Part shown: piece after piece, positions 30,233-37,979 of the stretch
Layout of the letters: the number at the start of each line of letters is the position of its first letter
Position numbering within the stretch: position 1 is the stretch's first letter
Assembly (NCBI GenBank): GCA_036508755.1
Contig: DATCGV010000007.1
Span: forward strand, 24,153-88,152
Length of the DNA: 64,000 nucleotides
Reading direction: 5' to 3'
Origin: Candidatus Limnocylindrales bacterium
Lineage (GTDB): Bacteria; Chloroflexota; Limnocylindria; Limnocylindrales; CSP1-4
Notes under the pieces: generated by a model
Databases searched by the model: none
The model's input: the letters and a program-made list of their open reading frames with translations, nothing else
What the model was told of the DNA's origin: nothing
Translations under genes and position numbers: made by a program

Positions 30233-30493
30233 GTGCTCGTCGTCGAGCTTTCCATCTCGGCCGCCATGGCTCTCGAGGAGTGCCGGCGGCGCGGCCTGAC
30301 CGTCCGAAGCGAGCGCCAGCTGGCGGGCAAGCCGGGCAGTCATCACTGGCACCTCGGTATCCCGGGCCGGCCGGGAACAGTCGAACTGAACGAGTGGCGT
30401 GAACAGGTATGGGTCAACGTCCTCCCGCTGCGCGACGGTGGGTGGTCCAGCGCGTTCGCGCAACAGCTGGCACAACTGGGTGAACAGAGCTGA
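30233..30493 (+). CDS. hypothetical small protein
   Basis: 86-aa ORF filling the gap between two plus-strand genes. Non-repetitive composition. No motif. Confidence 0.35.
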   Translation: MLVVELSISAAMALEECRRRGLTVRSERQLAGKPGSHHWHLGIPGRPGTVELNEWREQVWVNVLPLRDGGWSSAFAQQLAQLGEQS

Positions 30494-30549
30494 CGGCAAG
30501 CCGACGCGACCACGTTGCGCGCCGTCGGCGCGGGCTATCATCGGCCGCA

Positions 30550-31581
30550 ATGGCCACGCCCGATTCGCCAGATCCCCGGATGACCCTGCTCGATGCGGCG
30601 CGCATCGTCGCGCGCGGCGGCGAGCTCGACGCGAAGCTGGACGCACTGTGCGGCCACGTCCTCGACGCTGCCGGTGCGGCGGCGGCTGTTATCTACCTCT
30701 TGGATCCGGTCTCGTCGATCCTCGTGCCCGCCGCCGAGGCCGGCCTCGACCCCAACCTTCTCGCCGAGCACGGCCAGATCGCGGTGGACGACCCGGACGA
30801 GCTGGTGGCCAAGGTCGTCCGCGAGCGACGGGCAATGACGGCGCTGGGTGCGGACGCAGCGCGCGGCTTCAGCGGCCAGCACGTTGAATGGCAAGGGCTG
30901 ATCGCGCTGCCCTTGATCGCGGCCGATGACGCGGGGGGCGAGGACGCCGAGGGCGCGCTCGTCGCGATGTTCGAGAAGGAGCCGCCTGACCCACAGAATC
31001 CGGAAAACATGCTCACTGCCCTTGCCGACCTGTGCGCCGTGGCCATCCACCAGGCCCGGCTCGAGAGCGCGCTGATGGAGAAGGCCGACTGGATCGGCAG
31101 GCTCGCCTCGACCGACTCACTGACGGGCCTCGCCAACCGGGTCACGTTCGAACGGATGCTCGAGCTCGAGATCGCCCGTGCCACGCGCCAGGAGACACAG
31201 CTCAGCGTCGTGCTCTTCGATGTCGACGGATTTGCCGAGATCAACGGGCGTGGCGGCGCGTCCGCCGGCGACGAGGTCCTGCGCCATGTCGCGGCGACGC
31301 TCGCCGACGAGGTGCGCCTCGTTGACACCGTCGCGCGCTTCGGCCCCGACGAATTCGCGCTGATCGCGCCCGGCGGAGCGGGTCAGATCGCCGGCCGCCG
31401 GGTACGCGACGCATTGCTGAGCCATGAGTCGGTCAGCGGGCCGATCAGCATCAGCGTGGGTGCCGCGATCTACCCGATCGACGGCGCGACCAGCGAAGAG
31501 CTCCTCAACGCAGCCGCCCGAGCGCTGGCCGAGGCCAAGCGGCGCGGCCGCGGCTCGATCTTCGTCGCCAGCGGCGCCTAG
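30550..31581 (+). CDS. GAF-GGDEF domain protein with degenerate GPDEF active site
   Basis: N-terminal GAF-like domain. DSLTGLANR start of the GGDEF domain. RLVD (I-site) and FGPDEFALIAPG. Confidence 0.85.
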   Translation: MATPDSPDPRMTLLDAARIVARGGELDAKLDALCGHVLDAAGAAAAVIYLLDPVSSILVPAAEAGLDPNLLAEHGQIAVDDPDELVAKVVRERRAMTALGADAARGFSGQHVEWQGLIALPLIAADDAGGEDAEGALVAMFEKEPPDPQNPENMLTALADLCAVAIHQARLESALMEKADWIGRLASTDSLTGLANRVTFERMLELEIARATRQETQLSVVLFDVDGFAEINGRGGASAGDEVLRHVAATLADEVRLVDTVARFGPDEFALIAPGGAGQIAGRRVRDALLSHESVSGPISISVGAAIYPIDGATSEELLNAAARALAEAKRRGRGSIFVASGA

Positions 31582-31584
31582 CTT

Positions 31585-32244
31585 CTAGTCGCGGAACAGG
31601 TCGGCCACGGCCGACCAGACCGCCTCGGCCACCGACTCCGGGCTGGACGAGCCGTCGACCACTTGCCAGCGCTCCGGCTCCTGCCGCGCCAACTCCAGGT
31701 AGCCGCGCCGAACGCGCTCATGGAACGTGGCGCCGTGCTCGTCGGTGTCCGTTTCGAAACGCGTCAAATCGGCGCTCAATCCAGTCTGGCGGCGCTCCAG
31801 GCCGGCCGCGACCGATAGATCGACAAGGATCGTCCGGTCGGGCGTGATCTCGCCAATCGCGATCAACTTCAACTCGCGCAGCCGCTCGAGTGGAACTCCT
31901 CCGCCGTAGCCCTGGTAGGCAAGGGTCGAATCGGAGAATCGGTCGCACACGACGAGGGTGCCCCGGCCGAGTGCAGGCCCGATCACCTCGCTCACCTGGC
32001 GCGAGCGCGCGGCGTTGAAAAGGAGAGCATCGCTGAGCGCGTCGTGTGACCCGGCCGGCGCGTACATGAGCACGTCGCGGATCCGCTCGCCGAGCGCCGT
32101 CCCGCCCGGCTCCCTGGTCAACACGACTTCGCGCCCAGTTGCCCGAATCCGCTCGGCGAGCATTCGCGCCTGGGTGCTCTTGCCCGCGCCGTCGGGGCCT
32201 TCAAGGGTGAGGAAGATGCCGCCGGGGCGGCTGCTGTCGGCCAT
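31585..32244 (-). CDS. tmk: thymidylate kinase
   Basis: P-loop LEGPDGAGKST, TREPGGT and DRFSDSTLAYQG. Confidence 0.9.
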   Translation of the reverse strand: MADSSRPGGIFLTLEGPDGAGKSTQARMLAERIRATGREVVLTREPGGTALGERIRDVLMYAPAGSHDALSDALLFNAARSRQVSEVIGPALGRGTLVVCDRFSDSTLAYQGYGGGVPLERLRELKLIAIGEITPDRTILVDLSVAAGLERRQTGLSADLTRFETDTDEHGATFHERVRRGYLELARQEPERWQVVDGSSSPESVAEAVWSAVADLFRD

Positions 32245-32275
32245 CTCCGGCCAGTCTATTGGTGCCCGGCGCGCC

Positions 32276-33079
32276 TCAGCTTGAGGTGGCCAGGTTGCCC
32301 GTGATTATCGGCGCGCTCGTCGGCTGGTTGGAGCCACCGGTTGGCTCGAGCGTGAACGCGACGATGTCTGTTCCGGCCATGGGCTGCATGCCCGAGCCGA
32401 TCAGCTCGCCATCCGGGCCGACATCCATGACGCCGGCCGAAGACGCCTTGCCGCCGACGATGTACCACCCTTGGTAGGTCATGCCGCTCGGCGCGGCGGG
32501 CAGGTCGGTCAACACGACAAAGCCACCGCCAGACTGGGGGAAGGCGGCAAAGCCGCGCGCTCCCTGCGCCGTGCCGCTGCCGTGCAGGATGGCGACCTGC
32601 GATCCGGGAGCGGCCATCGCCGCGACGGCCTGTGCCAGCTGTTGGGCGCGCCTGTTGGCCTGGTCTGCCTGGTTGCCCTGGCCGACCGCCCACACACCGA
32701 CCACTGCCAGGATGAGCACTGCCGCCACGGCCGTTGCCCAGCCCGCCCAGGTGGGCATTCGCCACGTCGCAGCGTGCGCAGGGACCTGGCTCACCGGAGC
32801 CGGTCGCATCCGCGGCTGAGGGGCAGGCGCGGGCCACGCCGGCTGTGGCGCGCCCATGTCGGATCGGTATGCGTCGAGCACCCTTGCCTTGAGCTCGCTG
32901 GGTGCAGCCATTGGCACAGCGAGAGTGGCCAGCGCGGGCGTCACGCCGCCCAACTCTGCGAACTCGGCGTGCTCGAGCGTGCATGCGCGCAGGTGGGCGT
33001 CCACCGCCTCACGTTCGTCGGGCGTCAGCGCATCGAGGACATAGAGGCCACTGAGCTCGAGTGCCTCGTCGTGGGTCAT
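32276..33079 (-). CDS. anti-sigma factor (zf-HC2 / RskA-like)
   Basis: N-terminal LSGLYVLDALTPDEREAVDAHLRAC, central TM helix WATAVAAVLILAVVGVWAV and an extracytoplasmic RskA-type C-terminal domain. ATGA overlap with the sigma gene. Confidence 0.8.
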   Translation of the reverse strand: MTHDEALELSGLYVLDALTPDEREAVDAHLRACTLEHAEFAELGGVTPALATLAVPMAAPSELKARVLDAYRSDMGAPQPAWPAPAPQPRMRPAPVSQVPAHAATWRMPTWAGWATAVAAVLILAVVGVWAVGQGNQADQANRRAQQLAQAVAAMAAPGSQVAILHGSGTAQGARGFAAFPQSGGGFVVLTDLPAAPSGMTYQGWYIVGGKASSAGVMDVGPDGELIGSGMQPMAGTDIVAFTLEPTGGSNQPTSAPIITGNLATSS

Positions 33080-33682
33080 GCCGGCTCCTCGAGCATGGGC
33101 TCCTCGAGCGCACGCCGGAGCGCGGCGAGGCCGAGACGCACGCGGCTCTTGACCGTCCCGAGTGGAATCTGCACGCGCGCCGCGATCTCCGTCTGGGTCA
33201 GCCCACCGAAATAGGCGAGCTCGATCGCCTCGCGCTGCGCGTCGGGCAGTGCCGCGACCGCGTTGCGTACCGCGGCAGCATCGGCAGCGCGGGCGACCTC
33301 AGGCCAGACATCCGGCGCCGTGAGCGCCTCGTGGACCTCGTCCACCTCGGGGCAGCGGCGCGGCCGGGCGGCGGCGGCGGACGATGTCGATCGCACGGTG
33401 ATGAGTGATGGACAGCAGCCACGTTCGCGCGCTTGAGCGGCTCTGCTCGTAGCGCGTCGCGTTGCGCCAAACGCCGGTAAAGGCCTCCTGGACTGCGTCC
33501 TGGGCCAGTGCCGCGTCGTTCGTTATGCGCATCGCGAGTCCGTACATCACTCCCTGGTAGCGGTCGTAAAGCTGGGACAGCGCGGCCTCGTCCAACCCCG
33601 CCGCGAGGCGTGCCAGGAGCTCCTCGTCCGTCGCGGCGGCGGTCGTGCTGTCAGCGACCACGTCGTGTCCGAGGTCGCTCAT
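33076..33682 (-). pseudogene. ECF (sigma-70 family) sigma factor, reading frame interrupted by a 1-nt shift
   Basis: Region 2 (LYDRYQGVMYGLAMRI..., WLLSITHHRAIDIVRRRR) lies in ORF 33299-33682. Region 4 (LPDAQREAIELAYFGGLTQTEIAARVQIPLGTVKSRV) lies in ORF 33076-33396, in another frame. The two frames overlap across a GGGG run and a GGC repeat. Confidence 0.7.
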
Positions 33683-33948
33683 CGGTTGATTCGCGCAAAG
33701 AACGCCACCGGTTCACTTCGGCGCGCTGGGTAGACGCGACGGGACGGGCACAGCGCCAGTTTAGGGCCGCAGCGCCCGCCCGAGCGTGCCTGTTCCCTGG
33801 ATCTGGCAAACACGCCGGCGGGCGCTGATCCGAACCACGCCCCGGCTGCGTATTCGGGGTCAGAGGGGAAGCAACGGAGAGGAGGAACGCCTAGCGAAGT
33901 GCCGGCCACTGCGCGCGGGGAGCGCGCGATCACTCATCCCATTCCTTC

Positions 33949-33955
33949 GAGGAGG
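33949..33955 (+). promoter_or_regulatory. Shine-Dalgarno-like GAGGAGG upstream of the DUF4331 gene
   Basis: GAGGAGG lies 11 nt before ATG 33967. Confidence 0.4.
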
Positions 33956-33966
33956 TAACTCGAGCA

Positions 33967-34998
33967 ATGCGCGACCAGCGCAATCGGGCAATGACGGCGT
34001 CGCTAGCCGGCTCATTGCTCATCCTGGCATTGGGTCTCGTCCCGACGACATTCGCGGCGGACCACCTCGATGCACCGGGCGTCGCCAACAACGGCGCGGC
34101 CGACATCACCGACCTGTATGCCTGGAGTACGGCGAACGGCAAGAAGACCGTATTCGTGCTCAACGTCAATCCCGGCGCCGGCGTTCTGGCCCAGTCGGGG
34201 ACGACGTTCGGACCGGGCATCAAGTACGAGATCAAGATCGACACGAACGGCGACTACAAGCCGGACGTGACCTACATGTACCGCTTCGGCCAGCCCAGCC
34301 ACGGCACGCAGAGCCTCAAGCTCTACCGCAACGGCCATCTCATCGCCAACGGCTGGACCGGCAGCAACATCTCCGTGTCCGGTGGCGGCAAGACGACGGC
34401 CGGGCTGTACGACGATCCATTCTTCTTCGACCTTGATGCGTTCAAGGGCCAGGTCCTTGGCAGCGGCAACGGCCGATCGTTCTGCGACGGCGGCACGACC
34501 GACTTCTTCCACGGCCTCAACGTGAGCTCGATGATCCTCAGGGTCCCCAATAGCCAGATTGGTGGCAGCGGCGCGCACATCGGCATCTGGGCGACAACCA
34601 GTGTCCTCAAGAAGGGCACCTGGGTCCAGGAAGACCAGATGGGTCGACCGGCGATCAACACGGTGTTCAACAACGTGGACACCGCGCACAAGACGGACCG
34701 TGACGACTTCAACCGGACGGTTCCGGTGGAGCAGCCACAGATCTTTGGCCAGCACGTCAAGGATGTCCTTACAGCGCTCGGCGCGGCCGATCCGACCGCG
34801 CTGGCAAACGTTCTCCTGCCCGATGTCCTGACTTACCAGACGGGCAACACTGGCGGCTTCCTGAACGGCCGCAAACTGACTGATGACGTAATTGACGCCG
34901 AGCTCTCGCTCGTCACCAACGGCGGCATCACCACCGACTGCGTGAGCAACGACAGCGCGTTCAGTAACGCGTGGCCGTATCTCGCGCCACCGAATTGA
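33967..34998 (+). CDS. secreted DUF4331-family protein
   Basis: Signal peptide ending TTFA. DHLDAP near the mature N-terminus. DITDLYAW, KYEIKIDTNGD and LYDDPFFFDLDAF are typical of DUF4331. Confidence 0.8.
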   Translation: MRDQRNRAMTASLAGSLLILALGLVPTTFAADHLDAPGVANNGAADITDLYAWSTANGKKTVFVLNVNPGAGVLAQSGTTFGPGIKYEIKIDTNGDYKPDVTYMYRFGQPSHGTQSLKLYRNGHLIANGWTGSNISVSGGGKTTAGLYDDPFFFDLDAFKGQVLGSGNGRSFCDGGTTDFFHGLNVSSMILRVPNSQIGGSGAHIGIWATTSVLKKGTWVQEDQMGRPAINTVFNNVDTAHKTDRDDFNRTVPVEQPQIFGQHVKDVLTALGAADPTALANVLLPDVLTYQTGNTGGFLNGRKLTDDVIDAELSLVTNGGITTDCVSNDSAFSNAWPYLAPPN

Positions 34999-36434
34999 GC
35001 GCGTTACAGACGCTGCTCGGCAAGCCCGGGGCCGCCGCAAGGCGGTCCCCGGGTCGGCGTCGCAACGGCGTCATCCTCCTGATACCGCCGCTCCTCGCGC
35101 TGGCCGTTGTGGGCGTCGTTCAGCTCACGGGCGCAGCGCACAGCACGAGCCCGAATCCGCCCGTCAACGGCGACCAGGTTCTGCCGGCGCGCGGGGACCC
35201 GAACGGCGACCTCATCCCGCAGACTGAGATCTCGTCGATCGGAGCGGTTGACACGACGGACATCGATCGGCGCATCGCGTTCTGGCAGCAGCGCACCGCA
35301 ACCACGGCGTCGTCCGAGACGAGCTGGATCTCACTCGGTGACCTGTTGGACCTCAAGGGCCGGATGACCGGCGACATCAACCAGTTCCTGGCCGCTCAGC
35401 AGGCCTACCAGAAGGCGGCCACCGTCGCCCCGAACAGCAGCGCGGCGCGGGCTGGAAGCGCGCGCGAGCTGCCGACACTGCATGATTTCAACGGCGCGCT
35501 CGATGCCGCAACCAAAACGGTCGAGCTGGACCCGAGCGCGGTTGGCGCGCTGGGCGTCGTCTTCGACGCGTCCGTCGAGCTGGGCCACATCCCGGACGCG
35601 CAACTCGCGCTTCAGGACCTCCAGGCGCGCGTCCAGGGTCCGTCGATCGCTGTGCGCCAGGCACGACTCGACTTCCTGAGTGGCGATACCGCGACGGCCG
35701 TCGGTCTAGTGGAAGGCGCAGTGGGCGCGGCCACCGACGAAGGGGATCTGCCTTCTTCGATCGCCTTCTACAACTACACCGCGGCCGAATACGAGCTCTT
35801 CGCGGGCAACCTTGATGCGGCCCAGACCGATTCCTCGAACGCGCTGGTGATGCTGCCCGGCTACCCGCTCGCCATCTACGACGAGGGACGTGTGGCATAT
35901 GCGCGCGGCGACATCGCCGGAGCGATCGGCTATCTCGAGGCGGCCACGGCGGCCTTGCCACGGCCGGACATGCTCGCCTTCCTGGGCGATCTGTACTCGC
36001 TCAGCGGCAACACGTCGAAGGCGGCCGACGAATACGCCACCGTCGACTTCATCGCCAAGATGACCGAGCAATCGGGGGCGGGCACGGTCTACGACCGCGA
36101 GTACGGGCTGTTCCTGTCCGAACACGGCCGCGATCCAAGCCGCGCGCTGGAAATCGCGCAGAGCGAGATCCAGAACCGCCAGGACGTTTACGGCTACGAC
36201 GCCTTGGCCATGGCGCTCCATGCCAACGGCCAGGACGCCGAGGCGCTCGGCACGCTCAATCAAGCCCTCGCGCTGGGCACTGCCGATGCTCGCCTGCTGC
36301 TCCACGCCGGCCTCATCGAGATTGCCAACGGCGAAACCGCCACCGGTCAGGCGCACCTGACACAGGCGCTTGCGCTCAATCCATCCGTATCACCGCTGCT
36401 CGTCGAGCAGGCGCGCAAGGCTCTCGGCCAATGA
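34995..36434 (+). CDS. membrane-anchored tetratricopeptide-repeat protein
   Basis: TTG 34995 overlaps the upstream stop (TTGA); the ORF is open from 34971. TM helix VILLIPPLLALAVVGVV, then repeated TPR-like helices (AQQAYQKAATVAPNS..., LTQALALNPS). Confidence 0.7.
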   Translation: MSALQTLLGKPGAAARRSPGRRRNGVILLIPPLLALAVVGVVQLTGAAHSTSPNPPVNGDQVLPARGDPNGDLIPQTEISSIGAVDTTDIDRRIAFWQQRTATTASSETSWISLGDLLDLKGRMTGDINQFLAAQQAYQKAATVAPNSSAARAGSARELPTLHDFNGALDAATKTVELDPSAVGALGVVFDASVELGHIPDAQLALQDLQARVQGPSIAVRQARLDFLSGDTATAVGLVEGAVGAATDEGDLPSSIAFYNYTAAEYELFAGNLDAAQTDSSNALVMLPGYPLAIYDEGRVAYARGDIAGAIGYLEAATAALPRPDMLAFLGDLYSLSGNTSKAADEYATVDFIAKMTEQSGAGTVYDREYGLFLSEHGRDPSRALEIAQSEIQNRQDVYGYDALAMALHANGQDAEALGTLNQALALGTADARLLLHAGLIEIANGETATGQAHLTQALALNPSVSPLLVEQARKALGQ

Positions 36435-37975
36435 GAGCACCGCGCCTGCTCCTCGGCTTTGCCCTCTCCTTCGCGGCGCTGGCGCTCGCCGCCCCGGCAG
36501 CGAGCGCCCACCCGCTGGGCAACTTCACGATCAACCACTACTCCGGGCTGCGCGTGGCGCCGACAGCCGTGACCGTCGACCACGTCATGGACTACGCCGA
36601 GATCCCGACCTTCTCAGAGCGGCGGACGATGGACACCGATGGCGACGGCCAGGTCTCGGACGCCGAGGCGCACCAGTACGCGCTCGACATGTGCAACCAG
36701 CTGGCGACCGACCTCGACCTCGAAGTCGGCGGCAGTCGCGCCGCACTCAACCTCACGCAGGTCGGCATCAGCTTCCCGATGGGCCAGGGGAACCCGACCG
36801 AGCGCCTGGTATGCATCTACACGGCACAGATCTCCGCGCTCCTGCCGGGCACCTCGATCACGTTTGCCGATGGCACTTATCCGGAGCGCCAGGGATGGCG
36901 CGAGATCACGGTCAACGGCGATGGAACGACGGTCTCAGGCTCGGACGCGCCGACGACGTCGGCGTCGAGCCGGCTGACCTACTACCCACCTGACCTCATC
37001 AGCGTGCCGCTCGGCCAGACGTCGACCGCGTTTGTCGTGGCACCCGGTGGAGCGACTCTGCCACCGTTCTCGGTGCCGGACGCGGCTCCTCTCGGTGCAA
37101 CCATGCCCGCGCCCGCACCCGCGGTCACCGATCCGGCCGCGGCCGCGGTGCCTGCCAGCGTGACTGAGCTGGGCTCCGACGTGACTTCGCTCTTCCAGGC
37201 GTCCGACCTGACGCCACCGGTCATCCTCCTGTCGCTGCTCGCGGCCGCCGCCTTGGGCGCGCTTCACGCGGTTTCGCCGGGTCACGGCAAGACCGTCATG
37301 GCCGCGTACCTCGTCGGCTCACGCGGCAACATCCGCCAGGCATTCGGCCTCGGTCTGACCGTAACCGTGTCGCACACGATCGGCGTCCTGGCACTCGGGT
37401 TGCTCAGCCTGTCCGCGGCTTTCGTCATCCCGCCCGACAAGCTCTACCCGCTGCTGAGCGTTGGCTCGGGCGCAATCGTCATCGTCATCGGCACGTACCT
37501 GCTGATCGGCCGTGTCCGCTCATGGCGCGCCCGACCCGTGCAGTCACACGATCACGATCACGGGCACGAACACGGGCACGAACACGGCCATGAGCATCCC
37601 GAGGGCTGGCATGAGCACGCCGGCGTCGGCCATACCCGTGTTCCGCAACAGCAGATGGGCAAACGTGGCCTGTTCGCGCTCGGCCTGTCAGGTGGGATGA
37701 TCCCATCCGTGTCGGCTCTGCTCGTGCTGATCGGCTCGATCTCGATCGGCAGGCCGGCCTGGGGCATCGTCCTGACCGTCGCCTTTGGCCTGGGCATGGC
37801 GGCCGTGCTGGTCGGCATCGGCCTCGCTCTGGTCTACGCGCGGCGGTTCGTGGAGCGCTTCCCGCAGTCGGCCGCGCTCGATCTCGGTCGTCGCGTGCCC
37901 GTCCTGAGCGCGGTCGTCGTGCTCCTCGCGGGCGCGCTGATCACCGGCCAGGGCCTCCTCGGCCTGGGCCTGTGA
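36431..37975 (+). CDS. NicO/RcnA-like metal (Ni/Co-type) transporter with large N-terminal extracytoplasmic domain
   Basis: ATGA overlap with the TPR gene. Signal peptide. HAVSPGHGKTVMAAYL signature of the NicO family. His-rich loop HDHDHGHEHGHEHGHEH. C-terminal TM bundle. Confidence 0.8.
   Translation: MRAPRLLLGFALSFAALALAAPAASAHPLGNFTINHYSGLRVAPTAVTVDHVMDYAEIPTFSERRTMDTDGDGQVSDAEAHQYALDMCNQLATDLDLEVGGSRAALNLTQVGISFPMGQGNPTERLVCIYTAQISALLPGTSITFADGTYPERQGWREITVNGDGTTVSGSDAPTTSASSRLTYYPPDLISVPLGQTSTAFVVAPGGATLPPFSVPDAAPLGATMPAPAPAVTDPAAAAVPASVTELGSDVTSLFQASDLTPPVILLSLLAAAALGALHAVSPGHGKTVMAAYLVGSRGNIRQAFGLGLTVTVSHTIGVLALGLLSLSAAFVIPPDKLYPLLSVGSGAIVIVIGTYLLIGRVRSWRARPVQSHDHDHGHEHGHEHGHEHPEGWHEHAGVGHTRVPQQQMGKRGLFALGLSGGMIPSVSALLVLIGSISIGRPAWGIVLTVAFGLGMAAVLVGIGLALVYARRFVERFPQSAALDLGRRVPVLSAVVVLLAGALITGQGLLGLGL
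37547..37618 (+). repeat. coding (His-X)n microrepeat in the transporter loop
   Basis: CAC GAT CAC GAT CAC GGG CAC GAA CAC GGG CAC GAA CAC GGC CAT GAG CAT ... CAT GAG CAC. The unit CACGGGCACGAA is repeated. Confidence 0.9.
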
Positions 37976-37979
37976 GGTC

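Noticed and set aside
33683-33966. ECF-type promoter candidates (GGAAC at about 33878 and GAAC...CGTA at about 33827-33848) in the divergent region of the sigma gene and the DUF4331 operon
   Set aside because: Spacing to a CGT-type -10 element is wrong (about 13 nt) or the -10 element is absent. I cannot support a promoter call from sequence alone.
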